Shown here: positions 19,438-30,070 of the stretch, piece by piece | Position numbering within the stretch: the stretch's first letter is position 1 | Layout: each line of letters begins with the position of its first letter | Origin: a virus | Taxonomy: Duplodnaviria > Caudoviricetes | Length of the DNA stretch: 64,000 bases | Strand: one strand, 5' to 3' | IMG/VR virus record: IMGVR_UViG_3300033076_001145 | Coordinates: 1 to 64,000 of that record | Position numbers and translations under genes: made by a program | The notes under the pieces: model-generated | What the model saw: the letters and a program-made list of their open reading frames with translations, nothing else | Databases searched by the model: none | Told to the model about the DNA's origin: nothing

Positions 19438-20652
19438 ATGAAAGAAAAAATTAAAGTTTTAGTCGTACCTTCAGACCGTACAGGTGTTGGTAAATTTAGG
19501 TCAGTCGACCCTCACATTTTCTTACAAAATCTATACCCTGATGAATTTCATGTTGATATTGTTTATGATATTGACTTTAATGATATTAATTTTTGGAAAC
19601 AATATCCTATAGTTCATTTTCATAGAAGTATTGGACAGGATATGGATAAGTCTGTAGATGTAATCAATTATTTAAACTCACAAGGAATAATCACAATTTG
19701 TGATATTGATGATTATTGGTTACCTGGTAAAGAACATCCTCTACACCAATTAATTATTCAGAATAAAATTCATGAAAAAATTATTGCAAACATTAAAGCT
19801 GCGAAATATGTAACAACAACTACAACACTTTACGCAGATGAGATTAAGAAATACAATCCAAATGTTTTCATTTTCCCAAACGCAATTGACCCAAATGAAT
19901 CTCAATTCAAAGAACCGACACCTGAGTCTGACCGATTAAGAATTGGTTGGTTAGGTGGTTCGTCTCACTTACATGATTTAATGTTGTTAGATGGGATGGT
20001 CGCAAAATTAAACGACAGAAAAAATAAGTTGCAATTTGTATTATGTGGGTTTGATACTCGAGGTAGTATTACCGAAATCAATCAACAAACAGGGGAACAA
20101 AAACAACGTCCAATCAAACCCCATGAAAGTGTATGGTATGACTATGAGAAAATCTTCACAAACAACTACTCAATAATTGATAATGATTATAAGGACTTTT
20201 TACATAAGTTTGAAAACGCTCCATATGAGAACGAAATGGATAAAAACTATTTAAGAGTTTGGACAAAACCTGTTACGTCATACGCAAAAAACTACTCAAA
20301 GTTTGACGTATCAATTGCACCAATTAAACACCACACATTTAATAAAGTTAAATCTCAATTAAAAGTTATTGAGGCAGGTTTTTATAAGAAAGCATTAATT
20401 GCTTCAAACTATGGACCATACACCATTGATTTGACTCATTGTTTGAAAAATGGTAACTTTGTTGATGGTAATGCTTTATTGGTTGATGAGCAAAGAAATC
20501 ATTCCGATTGGGCAAAATACATTAAAAAATTATCAGACAACCCGAACATGGTAAAAGACATGGGAGAGAGATTATATGAACACGTATCTAAATTATATGA
20601 TTTGCGTGTTGTAACAAAAAACAGAGCAGAATTTTATAAATCAATTTTATGA
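19438..20652 (+). CDS. GT4-family glycosyltransferase
   Basis: DIDDYW, IGWLGGSSHLHDL, FNKVKSQLKVIEAG. Confidence 0.85.
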   Translation: MKEKIKVLVVPSDRTGVGKFRSVDPHIFLQNLYPDEFHVDIVYDIDFNDINFWKQYPIVHFHRSIGQDMDKSVDVINYLNSQGIITICDIDDYWLPGKEHPLHQLIIQNKIHEKIIANIKAAKYVTTTTTLYADEIKKYNPNVFIFPNAIDPNESQFKEPTPESDRLRIGWLGGSSHLHDLMLLDGMVAKLNDRKNKLQFVLCGFDTRGSITEINQQTGEQKQRPIKPHESVWYDYEKIFTNNYSIIDNDYKDFLHKFENAPYENEMDKNYLRVWTKPVTSYAKNYSKFDVSIAPIKHHTFNKVKSQLKVIEAGFYKKALIASNYGPYTIDLTHCLKNGNFVDGNALLVDEQRNHSDWAKYIKKLSDNPNMVKDMGERLYEHVSKLYDLRVVTKNRAEFYKSIL

Positions 20653-21347
20653 TAAAAACACCATTAAATAAAATATTGTTTGTCGATATTGAAACTGTCG
20701 GTATTTCTAGTAACTATGAAAGTTTCCAAAGAGATTATCCGTCATTGTCATATCAGTTTGAAAACTATTTAGATTGGTTTCAAAAAAGATTCCCTGAGGA
20801 TGCCGATAAAACAAAGGAAGAAATCTTCGTCAATAGAGCGGCTCTTGTTCCTGAGTTTTGTAAAATAGTTTGTGTAACAGTTGGATTTGTTGACCCAAAA
20901 GGTGAAACCAAAATGCAAACATTTTTTAACTCAGATGAAGAACAATTACTTAAAGACGTTAATACCCTATTTCAAAGGGTTGATAAACTTGGGTTTGTTC
21001 TTTGCGGTCACAATATTAAGAATTTTGATATTCCTGTTCTTGCAAAAAGAATGTTAGTTAATGGTGTTAGACCATCATTAATCTTACCATCATATGATAC
21101 AAAACCTTGGGAAGTTAAAGCCATTGATACAAAAGAAATTTGGCAATACGGACAATTTGGAGCCATCTGTTCATTGGAATTAATGTGTATTTCATTGGGT
21201 ATTGAAAGTTCCAAAAACATGGAGGTAACAGGAAATAAAGTTCATGACTCATTTTGGTTTGAAAACAAATACCAAGAAATACAAGACTATTGTGAAAAAG
21301 ATGTTGAAGTATTAATAAACGTTGTAACAAAAATTATGTCAATATGA
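20649..21347 (+). CDS. PolB-type 3'-5' exonuclease (DEDDy)
   Basis: DIET, GHNIKNFD, YCEKDV. Confidence 0.9.
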   Translation: MIKTPLNKILFVDIETVGISSNYESFQRDYPSLSYQFENYLDWFQKRFPEDADKTKEEIFVNRAALVPEFCKIVCVTVGFVDPKGETKMQTFFNSDEEQLLKDVNTLFQRVDKLGFVLCGHNIKNFDIPVLAKRMLVNGVRPSLILPSYDTKPWEVKAIDTKEIWQYGQFGAICSLELMCISLGIESSKNMEVTGNKVHDSFWFENKYQEIQDYCEKDVEVLINVVTKIMSI

Positions 21348-21928
21348 AAGATGAATTTATGTCAGCAATAGATAAGGTAATCCCTAATCTATCTAAAGAC
21401 CCTAACTACGGGGACATGTATAACAAAATTAAAGAAAATCTAGGGTTAGATTTAGAGCAGTTAGAAAGAGATATGGAAAACGCTTCAAATGACAAAGTTA
21501 TTTTGCGTTATACATCATCAACGGGAAAAAACTTAGTTTATAATTATGATTCTGATAGTGGATTTGATTTGTATTCATCAGAAGAAGTAGTTATTCCTTC
21601 ATTAGGAAGAGCTCTTGTCCCAACAGGAGTTAATTTTCAAATACCAAAAGATTTTGAAATTCAAATCAGACCAAAAAGTGGTTTGGCTCTAAATTACGGA
21701 CTGACTGTGTTAAATACTCCCGGTACAATTGACGAGGGATATACAGGAGAAGTTAAAGTAATTGTTTTTAACACAAGTTCAGAACCAGTAACAATAACCA
21801 AAGGAATGAAAATTGCCCAAGCAGTTGTTGCAAGATGTATCACAGGTAGATGGGTAATATTAGAAAAGTCCGAAAAAATAAAAAGTGGAGACAGAGGGGA
21901 TAATGGGTTTGGAAGTACTGGGATATGA
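21344..21928 (+). CDS. dut: Trimeric dUTPase with N-terminal extension
   Basis: SGFDL, RPKSG, GTIDEGYTGE, IAQ, RGDNGFGSTG. Confidence 0.95.
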   Translation: MKDEFMSAIDKVIPNLSKDPNYGDMYNKIKENLGLDLEQLERDMENASNDKVILRYTSSTGKNLVYNYDSDSGFDLYSSEEVVIPSLGRALVPTGVNFQIPKDFEIQIRPKSGLALNYGLTVLNTPGTIDEGYTGEVKVIVFNTSSEPVTITKGMKIAQAVVARCITGRWVILEKSEKIKSGDRGDNGFGSTGI

Positions 21929-23313
21929 TAACAATTGGGTATAGTACTAAAACATCAAAACCTGACTTTAAGAATTATTTAATTTCAACTTGTGGGGTTA
22001 AAGATTGTGAGGTAATTGAAAAAGTTAATCCTGGAACTAAATCTTTGACTCAGGTTTATAACGAAATACTTAGTGAATCGTCTAATGATGTTTTAATTTT
22101 ATGTCATGACGATATTTTATTTGAAAAATCATATTGGGGTAAAAGAATTTTAGAACATTTTAATAAGAATTCTGATTATGGAATATTAGGTGTTGCAGGA
22201 ACAACTTACTACCCATCAAATGGTATGTGGTGGGAAATACAAGGTGAGATGGTAGGACAAGTATATCACCAGCATCAGGGTAAAAAATGGTTATCCGAAT
22301 ATAACAAACCATTTGGTGGTAAAATTATAGACACTGTTATTGTTGATGGTTTATTTATTGCGGTAAAAAAATCTAATATAAAATCTAATTTTAATGAATC
22401 TGTAAATGGGTTTCATTTTTATGATACAACTTTCTGTATTGAGAATTTTTTACAAGATGTTAAAATTGGAACCATTTCAAACGTTCCAATAACCCATTTA
22501 TCAATTGGAATGACAAATGAACAATGGGAAAAAAATAGAATAGAATTTGTTGAGAGATTCAAAAGTAATTTACCTATTAAATTAAAATCAAATTACCCAA
22601 TTTTAAAAATTAATGAGAAAATACCGTTAGTTTCAGTAATAATTCCAATTTATAATTACGGTGTTCAATTTGAAAAATCAATACAGTCAGTATTTGACTC
22701 ATCATATAAAAACTTTGAAGTGGTAATTGTTGATGACGGTTCATCAAATGAATATGTTAAATTAAAATTGGATAGTTTATCAGAGCATCCAAATATTAAA
22801 GTTATTCGTCAAAACAACTCAGGCCCATCCTCGGCAAGAAATAACGGAATTAAAAATTCCTCAGGCCAATTTATACTACCTTTAGATGCCGATGATATGA
22901 TTCACCCTGATTATATTCAAAGTTGTGTTAATATTCTTAAAAATAATAAAAACATTAGTCCTGTATATTGTGATACTAATCATATTGGGCAATTACAAGG
23001 TGTTGAACAAAGACCTGAGTGGTCAATGGAAAGATTAATGCAAGGACCATTTATTGTTAATTGTTCGATGTTTAGTAGAGAGTCTTTTGAAAAATGCGGT
23101 GGTTATGATGAATCATTAAAGGGCTGGGAGGATTATGACCTATGGATTAGAATGGGTATTAATGGGTATATTGGTAAGAGAATCCCAAAACCTCTATTTG
23201 TATATTTTCACCATGAAAATGATGGGACAGTATCTACAGAGGCTAATAAAAACCAACAAGAATTATATAATAAAATAATGAATAAAAATTTTAAAAATGA
23301 AAATATTAGTTAA
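21925..23313 (+). CDS. Two-domain GT2-family glycosyltransferase
   Basis: CHDDI, DGLF, FHFYD; then VSVIIP, VDDGS, ARNNG, LDADD, EDYDLW. Confidence 0.9.
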   Translation: MITIGYSTKTSKPDFKNYLISTCGVKDCEVIEKVNPGTKSLTQVYNEILSESSNDVLILCHDDILFEKSYWGKRILEHFNKNSDYGILGVAGTTYYPSNGMWWEIQGEMVGQVYHQHQGKKWLSEYNKPFGGKIIDTVIVDGLFIAVKKSNIKSNFNESVNGFHFYDTTFCIENFLQDVKIGTISNVPITHLSIGMTNEQWEKNRIEFVERFKSNLPIKLKSNYPILKINEKIPLVSVIIPIYNYGVQFEKSIQSVFDSSYKNFEVVIVDDGSSNEYVKLKLDSLSEHPNIKVIRQNNSGPSSARNNGIKNSSGQFILPLDADDMIHPDYIQSCVNILKNNKNISPVYCDTNHIGQLQGVEQRPEWSMERLMQGPFIVNCSMFSRESFEKCGGYDESLKGWEDYDLWIRMGINGYIGKRIPKPLFVYFHHENDGTVSTEANKNQQELYNKIMNKNFKNENIS

Positions 23314-23959
23314 ATTTCCAACAAGAGGGAGAAAACATAAATTTTTTAATGTTTTAAAACAATATCAAAATTTATGTGAGGATATTAATAATACTCATTT
23401 TCTTATTACGCTTGATGAAGATGATTTAGAGATGAATAATCCTGACTCGATTGATATTTTATCATCTTTTAAAAATACAAAATTTATTTTTGGTAAAAGT
23501 AAGTCAAAAATTGATGCGGTTAATCGAGATGTCGAAGTATCTAATGAATGGGATATAATATTATTGGCATCAGATGACATGATACCAAAAGTTAAAGGGT
23601 ATGACAAAATTATTAGAGAAAAAATGATTGAGAACTTTCCTGATACTGATGGTGTGTTATGGTTTCCCGATGGAAATAGGAAAGATTTAAATACTTTATG
23701 TATTTTAGGTAAAAAATATTATGAAAGATTCAATTACATTTATAATCCTGAATATTTGTCAACTTGGTGCGATAATGAATTTACAGATGTTGCAAACATT
23801 TTAAAAAAACAAATTTTTATAGATGAGGTTATCATAAAACATGAACATCCTGATTGGGGTTATGGTGGTAAAGATGTTATACATCAGTTAAACTATGATA
23901 ATGAATCATATGATAAATCTATTTACCTTCGTAACAAATCAAATAACTTTGGTTTATGA
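23297..23959 (+). CDS. GT-A (GT2-like) glycosyltransferase
   Basis: PTRGR, ASDDM, WCDNEF, HEHP. Confidence 0.7.
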   Translation: MKILVKFPTRGRKHKFFNVLKQYQNLCEDINNTHFLITLDEDDLEMNNPDSIDILSSFKNTKFIFGKSKSKIDAVNRDVEVSNEWDIILLASDDMIPKVKGYDKIIREKMIENFPDTDGVLWFPDGNRKDLNTLCILGKKYYERFNYIYNPEYLSTWCDNEFTDVANILKKQIFIDEVIIKHEHPDWGYGGKDVIHQLNYDNESYDKSIYLRNKSNNFGL

Positions 23960-24606
23960 AAAAAGTAATAAGTTTTTCATTGTGGGGGAACAATCCAAAA
24001 TATACAATTGGTGCGGTTGAAAATGCTAAATTAGTAAATGAAATTTACAAAGGATGGACAGGTAGATTTTATTGCGGTAAAAGTGTTCCTAATGAAATTA
24101 TAGAATCTTTAAAAAATATTCCTAATAATGAAGTAATATTAATGGATGAAGATGGTGATTGGACAGGGATGTTTTGGCGATTTTTAGCGTGTTCTGATAG
24201 TGATGTGATGATATCTAGAGACACTGATAGCCGACTTAGTTTAAGAGAGAAAATGGCAGTAGATGAGTGGTTAAAATCAAATAAAGATTTTCATATTATG
24301 AGAGACCATCCGTATCATACAGCGTTAATTTTAGGAGGAATGTGGGGATGTAGAAATGGAATCTTAAAAGACATTGACAAACTAATTAATGATTATAATA
24401 AAGGTAATTTTTGGCAAGTTGACCAAAATTTCTTATATGAAAAAATATACCCAATAATTCAGAGTAATATGTTTGTTCATGATTCTTTTTTTAACGTTAA
24501 TATAGGGTCAAAAAAATTTCCATCTGAAAGAATAGATAAAGAGTTTGTTGGTGATGTTTTTGATGAAAATAATAATAGACATCCTGAATATTTTAAATTT
24601 TTATGA
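23956..24606 (+). CDS. Putative GT-A glycosyltransferase
   Basis: SFSLWG, MFWRF, RDTDSR, IMRDHPYH, GGMWG, DQNFL. Confidence 0.6.
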   Translation: MKKVISFSLWGNNPKYTIGAVENAKLVNEIYKGWTGRFYCGKSVPNEIIESLKNIPNNEVILMDEDGDWTGMFWRFLACSDSDVMISRDTDSRLSLREKMAVDEWLKSNKDFHIMRDHPYHTALILGGMWGCRNGILKDIDKLINDYNKGNFWQVDQNFLYEKIYPIIQSNMFVHDSFFNVNIGSKKFPSERIDKEFVGDVFDENNNRHPEYFKFL

Positions 24607-25469
24607 AAATTTTAATCGCGGATTTACTACTCAAAGGAAAACCTAATGAAGATTGGAAAGAAGGTTATGAATTTAAATATGCCTTTCAGAATTTAGGTCA
24701 TACTTGCGATGTATTTGGACCTAATGCGGATTACCCTGAAACAGAAATACCAAATAAAATACATGATTATGATTTTGTATTAATTACTGAAAATTATCCA
24801 GAATTTTCAGGTTGGAGATGGTGGGATTGGAAATCAATTACAAAACCTAAAGTTTTTTGGGCAATTGACACTCATTTTAAAAATTTTGAGGGGTTTATTA
24901 ATGAAACAAATATTGATTTTGTTGGTTTTAATAATAAAAAAGACATCAATAAGTATAATATTAATTGTGAAAAATTTTGGTTACCATATGGTGTATCTAA
25001 AAAAAGATACAATATAGACACACAGATTGAGAAAGAATATGATATTACCTTTATTGGTTCATTAAATCCTGAAAGAAGAGAATTAATATCCAAACACAAA
25101 ATAAAACATATATCGGCCTTTGGGGAAGATTATATTATTGAAATGAAAAAGTCTAAAATATGTTTTAATAAATCAATGTCTTACGATTTAAACGCTAAAA
25201 TGATAGAAATTATTGCATCGGGTAGTTTTATGTTAAGTAACTATAATGAAGATTTTATAGAAATGGTTGGACATGATGAAAATATACTTAAAATGATATA
25301 TAATGATGATGAGGACTTCATCAAAAAGAAAAATTATTACTTGTCAAACGAGTCGGAAAGGGAATATGTTGCATCAGTATCAAAAAAGAACATACTGGAG
25401 AACCACTCGTTTGAATCTAGAGCAAATTTAATTATATCAAAATTAAAAGAAAAATATAATTTTAAATAA
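24603..25469 (+). CDS. CgeB-like (Glyco_trans_1_2) glycosyltransferase
   Basis: WAIDTH, DITFIGS, SKICFN...EIIASGSF, ERE.....HSF. Confidence 0.75.
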   Translation: MKILIADLLLKGKPNEDWKEGYEFKYAFQNLGHTCDVFGPNADYPETEIPNKIHDYDFVLITENYPEFSGWRWWDWKSITKPKVFWAIDTHFKNFEGFINETNIDFVGFNNKKDINKYNINCEKFWLPYGVSKKRYNIDTQIEKEYDITFIGSLNPERRELISKHKIKHISAFGEDYIIEMKKSKICFNKSMSYDLNAKMIEIIASGSFMLSNYNEDFIEMVGHDENILKMIYNDDEDFIKKKNYYLSNESEREYVASVSKKNILENHSFESRANLIISKLKEKYNFK

Positions 25470-25474
25470 TTAAT

Positions 25475-26233
25475 ATGGATAAAAAATATAAAATCTACTG
25501 TTGGTGGCTAAATAAAGAAGATATGTCCGAAAACAGAAAAAGTTCATTAGAAAAATTAAAAAATTTATCAGAGTGCGAGATAATTTTTATAACTAGAGAT
25601 ACTCTCCAACATTACATATTACCAGAATATCCATTACACGAAGGATTTAAATACTTATCCGAAATACAACAAGGTGATTATTTAAAATGTTACTTTATGC
25701 ATCATTATGGTGGAGGATATTCTGACATAAAACAAACTATAGGTTCTTGGGTTCCGTTTTTTGATAGATTATATAGTAATCATGACTTATACGCAATTGG
25801 ATATCAGGAAAGAGAAGTTGGTCATGTTGCCAGATTAGAGAATTGTATATTAAAACCATCAGATTCGAAATTTTGTAGGGACTTCACATTGAGTGATGAT
25901 GGGTTGTCATGGTCTTCCGAACACATTAGAAATAATTGGTTCAAACTAATAGGTAATGGTAATTTTATATGTAAAAAAAATACTCCATTAACTAAAGATT
26001 GGTGGGACGGGTTAAATGAAAAAATGGATGGATATCTTGAATATTTGAAGCAAAATCCTGCAAAATGGGGACGAGATTGTTATAATCATATAAATCCAAC
26101 AACAGGTGAAAAATCAAACTACCCTATAAAATGGGCGGTTTTAAATGGTAATATTTTTCATCCATTGACTTTAAAATACTCATCCAACATTGAAAAAAAT
26201 TTCTACTACCCAATAATGACTAATTACCAATAA
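25475..26233 (+). CDS. GT32-like DxD glycosyltransferase
   Basis: DYLKCYFMHHYGGGYSDIK. Confidence 0.7.
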   Translation: MDKKYKIYCWWLNKEDMSENRKSSLEKLKNLSECEIIFITRDTLQHYILPEYPLHEGFKYLSEIQQGDYLKCYFMHHYGGGYSDIKQTIGSWVPFFDRLYSNHDLYAIGYQEREVGHVARLENCILKPSDSKFCRDFTLSDDGLSWSSEHIRNNWFKLIGNGNFICKKNTPLTKDWWDGLNEKMDGYLEYLKQNPAKWGRDCYNHINPTTGEKSNYPIKWAVLNGNIFHPLTLKYSSNIEKNFYYPIMTNYQ

Positions 26234-26234
26234 T

Positions 26235-26960
26235 ATGACAATATCTTTAATTATACCAACAACTCCAAATCATTTTAAATACTTAAAATGTGTACTTAAC
26301 CATTATTTAAATGGTACTATAATACCTGATGAAGTAATTATCTCAATATCTAACTCTCATCAAATAAATCGAGATGTTATTAATTCTTTAAAAAATGATT
26401 TTAATAATCAGTTTAGTAGATTTTTATTAGTCGAGAATGACTTTAGGGTTGAGGAGGGTCCTAATCGGGGAAAAGGTAGCGAATATTCAGAATGTGATAT
26501 TTTAACGTACCACGATTCAGATGATTTACCACATCCACAAAGAATTGAAATCATTAAATATTTTTTTGAAAATTTTGATATCTTACATTTAAACCATAGT
26601 TACACATTTGAAACAAAATTTGAGAATATAGACATTAAAAATATTCAATATAAATCATCAGATGAATTATATTCTAAGTATTTTAAAGGAATCTTGTCTG
26701 AAACAAGACCTAGTAAGGTGTATGATGATAATGGTAATTCGTTACCATATGGTAGCGGGTTTGGTTGGGCAATTTGTGGGGGACCCACGTCAATCAAAAA
26801 AGAAGTTTTAAGTAAAATAAAATGGGGTCAAACTATGGATGTATCATATGATTATGATTTCAGTATGGATAGTCTTTTTTATTTAAAAAAATCAATTATC
26901 ATTAATACACCTTTAATATGGTATAATAAAATTGGAAATATAAATTGGGCCTGTAATTAA
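26235..26960 (+). CDS. GT2-like glycosyltransferase
   Basis: ISLIIP, YHDSDDLPHPQRIE. Confidence 0.75.
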   Translation: MTISLIIPTTPNHFKYLKCVLNHYLNGTIIPDEVIISISNSHQINRDVINSLKNDFNNQFSRFLLVENDFRVEEGPNRGKGSEYSECDILTYHDSDDLPHPQRIEIIKYFFENFDILHLNHSYTFETKFENIDIKNIQYKSSDELYSKYFKGILSETRPSKVYDDNGNSLPYGSGFGWAICGGPTSIKKEVLSKIKWGQTMDVSYDYDFSMDSLFYLKKSIIINTPLIWYNKIGNINWACN

Positions 26961-27506
26961 ATGTGGAATCACGCGACGGACAAAAAAGTCCAAAAAAAAA
27001 TATACGATGAGATTAATAGTCAAAAGTACGATAATGAAATTTATGTACTAGATATCGGTATTGAATCATACAATATAGATAGTAAATCTTTTTTTAGTAA
27101 CGAAAAAATTAAATATTTTCAATTAGACCCAAATGGAATTTTTACAAAAAATGATGGGTTTTTACATTGTAAAGTGGAAGAATCATCTTTAAAATATCCA
27201 GAATTTAATAATTTTTTTGACATAATTTTAGATTTTGGTGTTTTTGGTTGGAATGGGGTTCGTTTAATTGATGATGAAAGAAAGACGTATATTAAAAATA
27301 TATATTATCTTTTAAAAAATAATGGAACCTATATTCTGCATTCTGATAGAGAAAAAAGAAACCCATTACATGAAATAAATTTTAATTCTCAAGTTTACAA
27401 TCTTTTTAGTCCTAAAAAATTTTTAGGATTTGATAGTAATTTAATAATAAATTGTCCTAATTATGGAACTACTTGGGACATTCAGTTTTTAAAAAAAAAT
27501 GATTAA
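26961..27506 (+). CDS. SAM-dependent methyltransferase-like protein
   Basis: VLDIG, FDII, LLKNNG. Confidence 0.65.
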   Translation: MWNHATDKKVQKKIYDEINSQKYDNEIYVLDIGIESYNIDSKSFFSNEKIKYFQLDPNGIFTKNDGFLHCKVEESSLKYPEFNNFFDIILDFGVFGWNGVRLIDDERKTYIKNIYYLLKNNGTYILHSDREKRNPLHEINFNSQVYNLFSPKKFLGFDSNLIINCPNYGTTWDIQFLKKND

Positions 27507-28074
27507 AAATACTAAAAATTTATTAATTGTTGCTCATGCTGATGATGAAGTAATATGGGCTGGAGAAATGTTACTAAAGGAAAAAAGACAATGGGATATA
27601 ATATGTGTTGTTGAGCCAGATAATCAAAGTAAATTTAGAATACCAATTTTTAATAACTTAGTTAGTAATTATTTAGAATGTAACACTAAAATGTTATCAT
27701 TCCAAGATTACGGATATGGAAGTAATATTGTCGGGGATGTTGAATCTGCATTATTATCTAAAATAATGGAAAAAAAATGGGATAAAATTTTAACACATGG
27801 GAATAAAGGTGAGTATGGTCATTCCCACCACATCCAAGTACACAATATTGTAAAAAAAATTATAATAGAAAATAATTTAATTGATTGTTTTTGGACATTT
27901 AATCCTGTAAAAAAAACAGAAAAATTAGAATTAAGTGAGAATAAACAATTACTATTTGCAAATACATATGATGACGAATCAAACCTACCTATAGGTCACC
28001 CTAAAAAATGGGTACATGGGTGGAATACAACTATGGGATGGGTTGAAGGGTTTGAAAAATTTAGTATAAAATAA
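27499..28074 (+). CDS. PIG-L family de-N-acetylase
   Basis: AHADDE and THGNKGEYGHSHH. Confidence 0.85.
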   Translation: MIKNTKNLLIVAHADDEVIWAGEMLLKEKRQWDIICVVEPDNQSKFRIPIFNNLVSNYLECNTKMLSFQDYGYGSNIVGDVESALLSKIMEKKWDKILTHGNKGEYGHSHHIQVHNIVKKIIIENNLIDCFWTFNPVKKTEKLELSENKQLLFANTYDDESNLPIGHPKKWVHGWNTTMGWVEGFEKFSIK

Positions 28075-28078
28075 AAAT

Positions 28079-28684
28079 ATGAGTAAAAAAATTTTTATAG
28101 ATTGTGGGACTAACCTATGCCAAGGATTATCATCATTTATTGATAAATTTAAAATTGACGAGTCATGGGAAGTATACTCTTTTGAGGCAAACCCTAACTC
28201 ATTTAATATTATTGATAAAAAAAAATTTAAATTTGTTAATTTTCAAAATAAAGCGGTATGGGTTTCAAATGAAATTTTAAAATTGAACGTTGAAAAATAC
28301 CCGTCATATATTAATGATAAAAAAATTTCAATCAGAAATGATATCGAATTAACCGATTTAGTTGGTGGGGGTACTAATATTATGGGAGATAACCATGTTT
28401 TTAATGAAAACAATCCCAATATGACTCAGGTATCTATTGAGGGTTTTGACTTTTCAGAATTCATTATAAATAATTTTAAAAAAGAAGATTTTATTATAGT
28501 TAAAATGGATATCGAGGGTTCCGAATACCCAGTCCTTGAAAAAATGATTTTGGATGAGTCGATTCATCTTATTGATGAAATCTATATTGAGTTTCATAAT
28601 CATTTATTAAAAAATAAATTTGACGAAAATAAAATTAAAAATACAATTACCTCACTAGGGATTAAATTAACCGAATGGATTTAA
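28079..28684 (+). CDS. FkbM-family methyltransferase
   Basis: IDCG, FEANP, KMDIEGSEY, EFH. Confidence 0.9.
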   Translation: MSKKIFIDCGTNLCQGLSSFIDKFKIDESWEVYSFEANPNSFNIIDKKKFKFVNFQNKAVWVSNEILKLNVEKYPSYINDKKISIRNDIELTDLVGGGTNIMGDNHVFNENNPNMTQVSIEGFDFSEFIINNFKKEDFIIVKMDIEGSEYPVLEKMILDESIHLIDEIYIEFHNHLLKNKFDENKIKNTITSLGIKLTEWI

Positions 28685-28695
28685 TATAAAAAATT

Positions 28696-29601
28696 ATGAT
28701 TGATATTAACATACTGAAAAACCCAGAATTTTATGTGGATTACCAAAAAGGGTTAGATTACTTAAAAACAATTAATGACTCAGAATTTGAGTATCCTGAA
28801 GAAATTACTAATTTTCACATTTATTCAGAAATAAAAAATGATAAAGAATTAGAATGTATTAAATCATTTTTGGCAACTCAAAATCTTGAAAAAACAAATT
28901 TAATTGTTTGGTCAGATTACGATATTAGTAATAATCCATTAATACAACCTTATAAAAAATTTTTAGATTTAAGAATCTGGGACCCAATTAAAGAATCAGT
29001 TGGTACAGTTTTAGAAAATAGTGAACATGTCACCGCTAAGGATTTCCTTTATTATTTACAGAGTGATTTATTAAGAATTTTAGTAATTTATAAATATGGT
29101 GGAATATGGGTTGATACCGATATTATATTCCTTAGAGATTTTAAACCAATTATGGACCAAGAATTTATGTACCAATGGGGAGGGGATATTGATTTTAAAA
29201 ATGAAGGAGCATGTGCAACAGTACTCTCGGGTAAAAAAAATAGTACATTTACATCAAAATTAATGGAAGAATTAAAAAGTTCTGAAATTCATCCAAATTC
29301 AACTAATTGGGGTAAAAATTTATTTGCAAGATTATGGTCAAAATGGCCTGAATTTACAATTTTTCCATCGTCATTTTTTAACACTGAATGGTTAATCTCA
29401 AAAACAAGATTAGATTTTAGAAAAAGTCTTAAAAATGGATTTGAATACGTTGATATCGATGAGGATACTTTATTTTTAAGTGCATTTACATGGCATTGGC
29501 ATAATTCTAGCAATAAAAATAATCCGATTCAACCTAATTCTAAATTTGATAGGTTACAAAAAATTACAGATTCTAAACTTAAAAATAAAAATATTGTGTA
29601 A
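28696..29601 (+). CDS. GT32 (alpha-1,4-GT-like) DxD glycosyltransferase
   Basis: SDLLRILVIYKYGGIWVDTD, WG..L, HWHNS. Confidence 0.85.
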   Translation: MIDINILKNPEFYVDYQKGLDYLKTINDSEFEYPEEITNFHIYSEIKNDKELECIKSFLATQNLEKTNLIVWSDYDISNNPLIQPYKKFLDLRIWDPIKESVGTVLENSEHVTAKDFLYYLQSDLLRILVIYKYGGIWVDTDIIFLRDFKPIMDQEFMYQWGGDIDFKNEGACATVLSGKKNSTFTSKLMEELKSSEIHPNSTNWGKNLFARLWSKWPEFTIFPSSFFNTEWLISKTRLDFRKSLKNGFEYVDIDEDTLFLSAFTWHWHNSSNKNNPIQPNSKFDRLQKITDSKLKNKNIV

Positions 29602-30068
29602 TGTCGTGGAGTATTTCTGAAGAAGTTATAAATTGGATTAATTTAAATATTCCAAAAAAGTCGGTAATTGTTGAATTTGGTAGTGGTGAAGGAACTCGAT
29701 ACCTTGTTGAAGATTATCAAGTGTATAGTGTTGAAGATAATATTAATTGGGTAGATTATGTACCAAAAAGTCACTATATTTACGCCCCTTTAAATAATCA
29801 AGATAGATGGTATGACACATCAATTTTAAATGAAAAATTACCAAGTAAATATGATTTAATAATTATTGATGGTCCGGCAAGTATTGAAAGATATTCATTT
29901 ATCAATCATTTAGACATATTAAATACTAATATACCCATCATTGTTGATGATGTCGATAGAGAAAATGACTTTAAAATGTTGTGTGAATTATCCTCAATGT
30001 TGGGAAGACCGTATATAATTTTCGATTGTGGTAATATGACTAAAAAATTTGGAGTAATTAATATTTAA
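29601..30068 (+). CDS. SAM-dependent methyltransferase-like protein
   Basis: VEFGSG, YDLIIIDGP, IVDDVDR. Confidence 0.75.
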   Translation: MSWSISEEVINWINLNIPKKSVIVEFGSGEGTRYLVEDYQVYSVEDNINWVDYVPKSHYIYAPLNNQDRWYDTSILNEKLPSKYDLIIIDGPASIERYSFINHLDILNTNIPIIVDDVDRENDFKMLCELSSMLGRPYIIFDCGNMTKKFGVINI

Positions 30069-30070
30069 GT

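Noticed and set aside
19438-23313. GTs as a DNA hypermodification system
   Set aside because: No hydroxymethylase, TET/JBP or similar base-modifying gene in the window. Proximity to dUTPase and the exonuclease alone is insufficient, though this is not excluded for the GT4.
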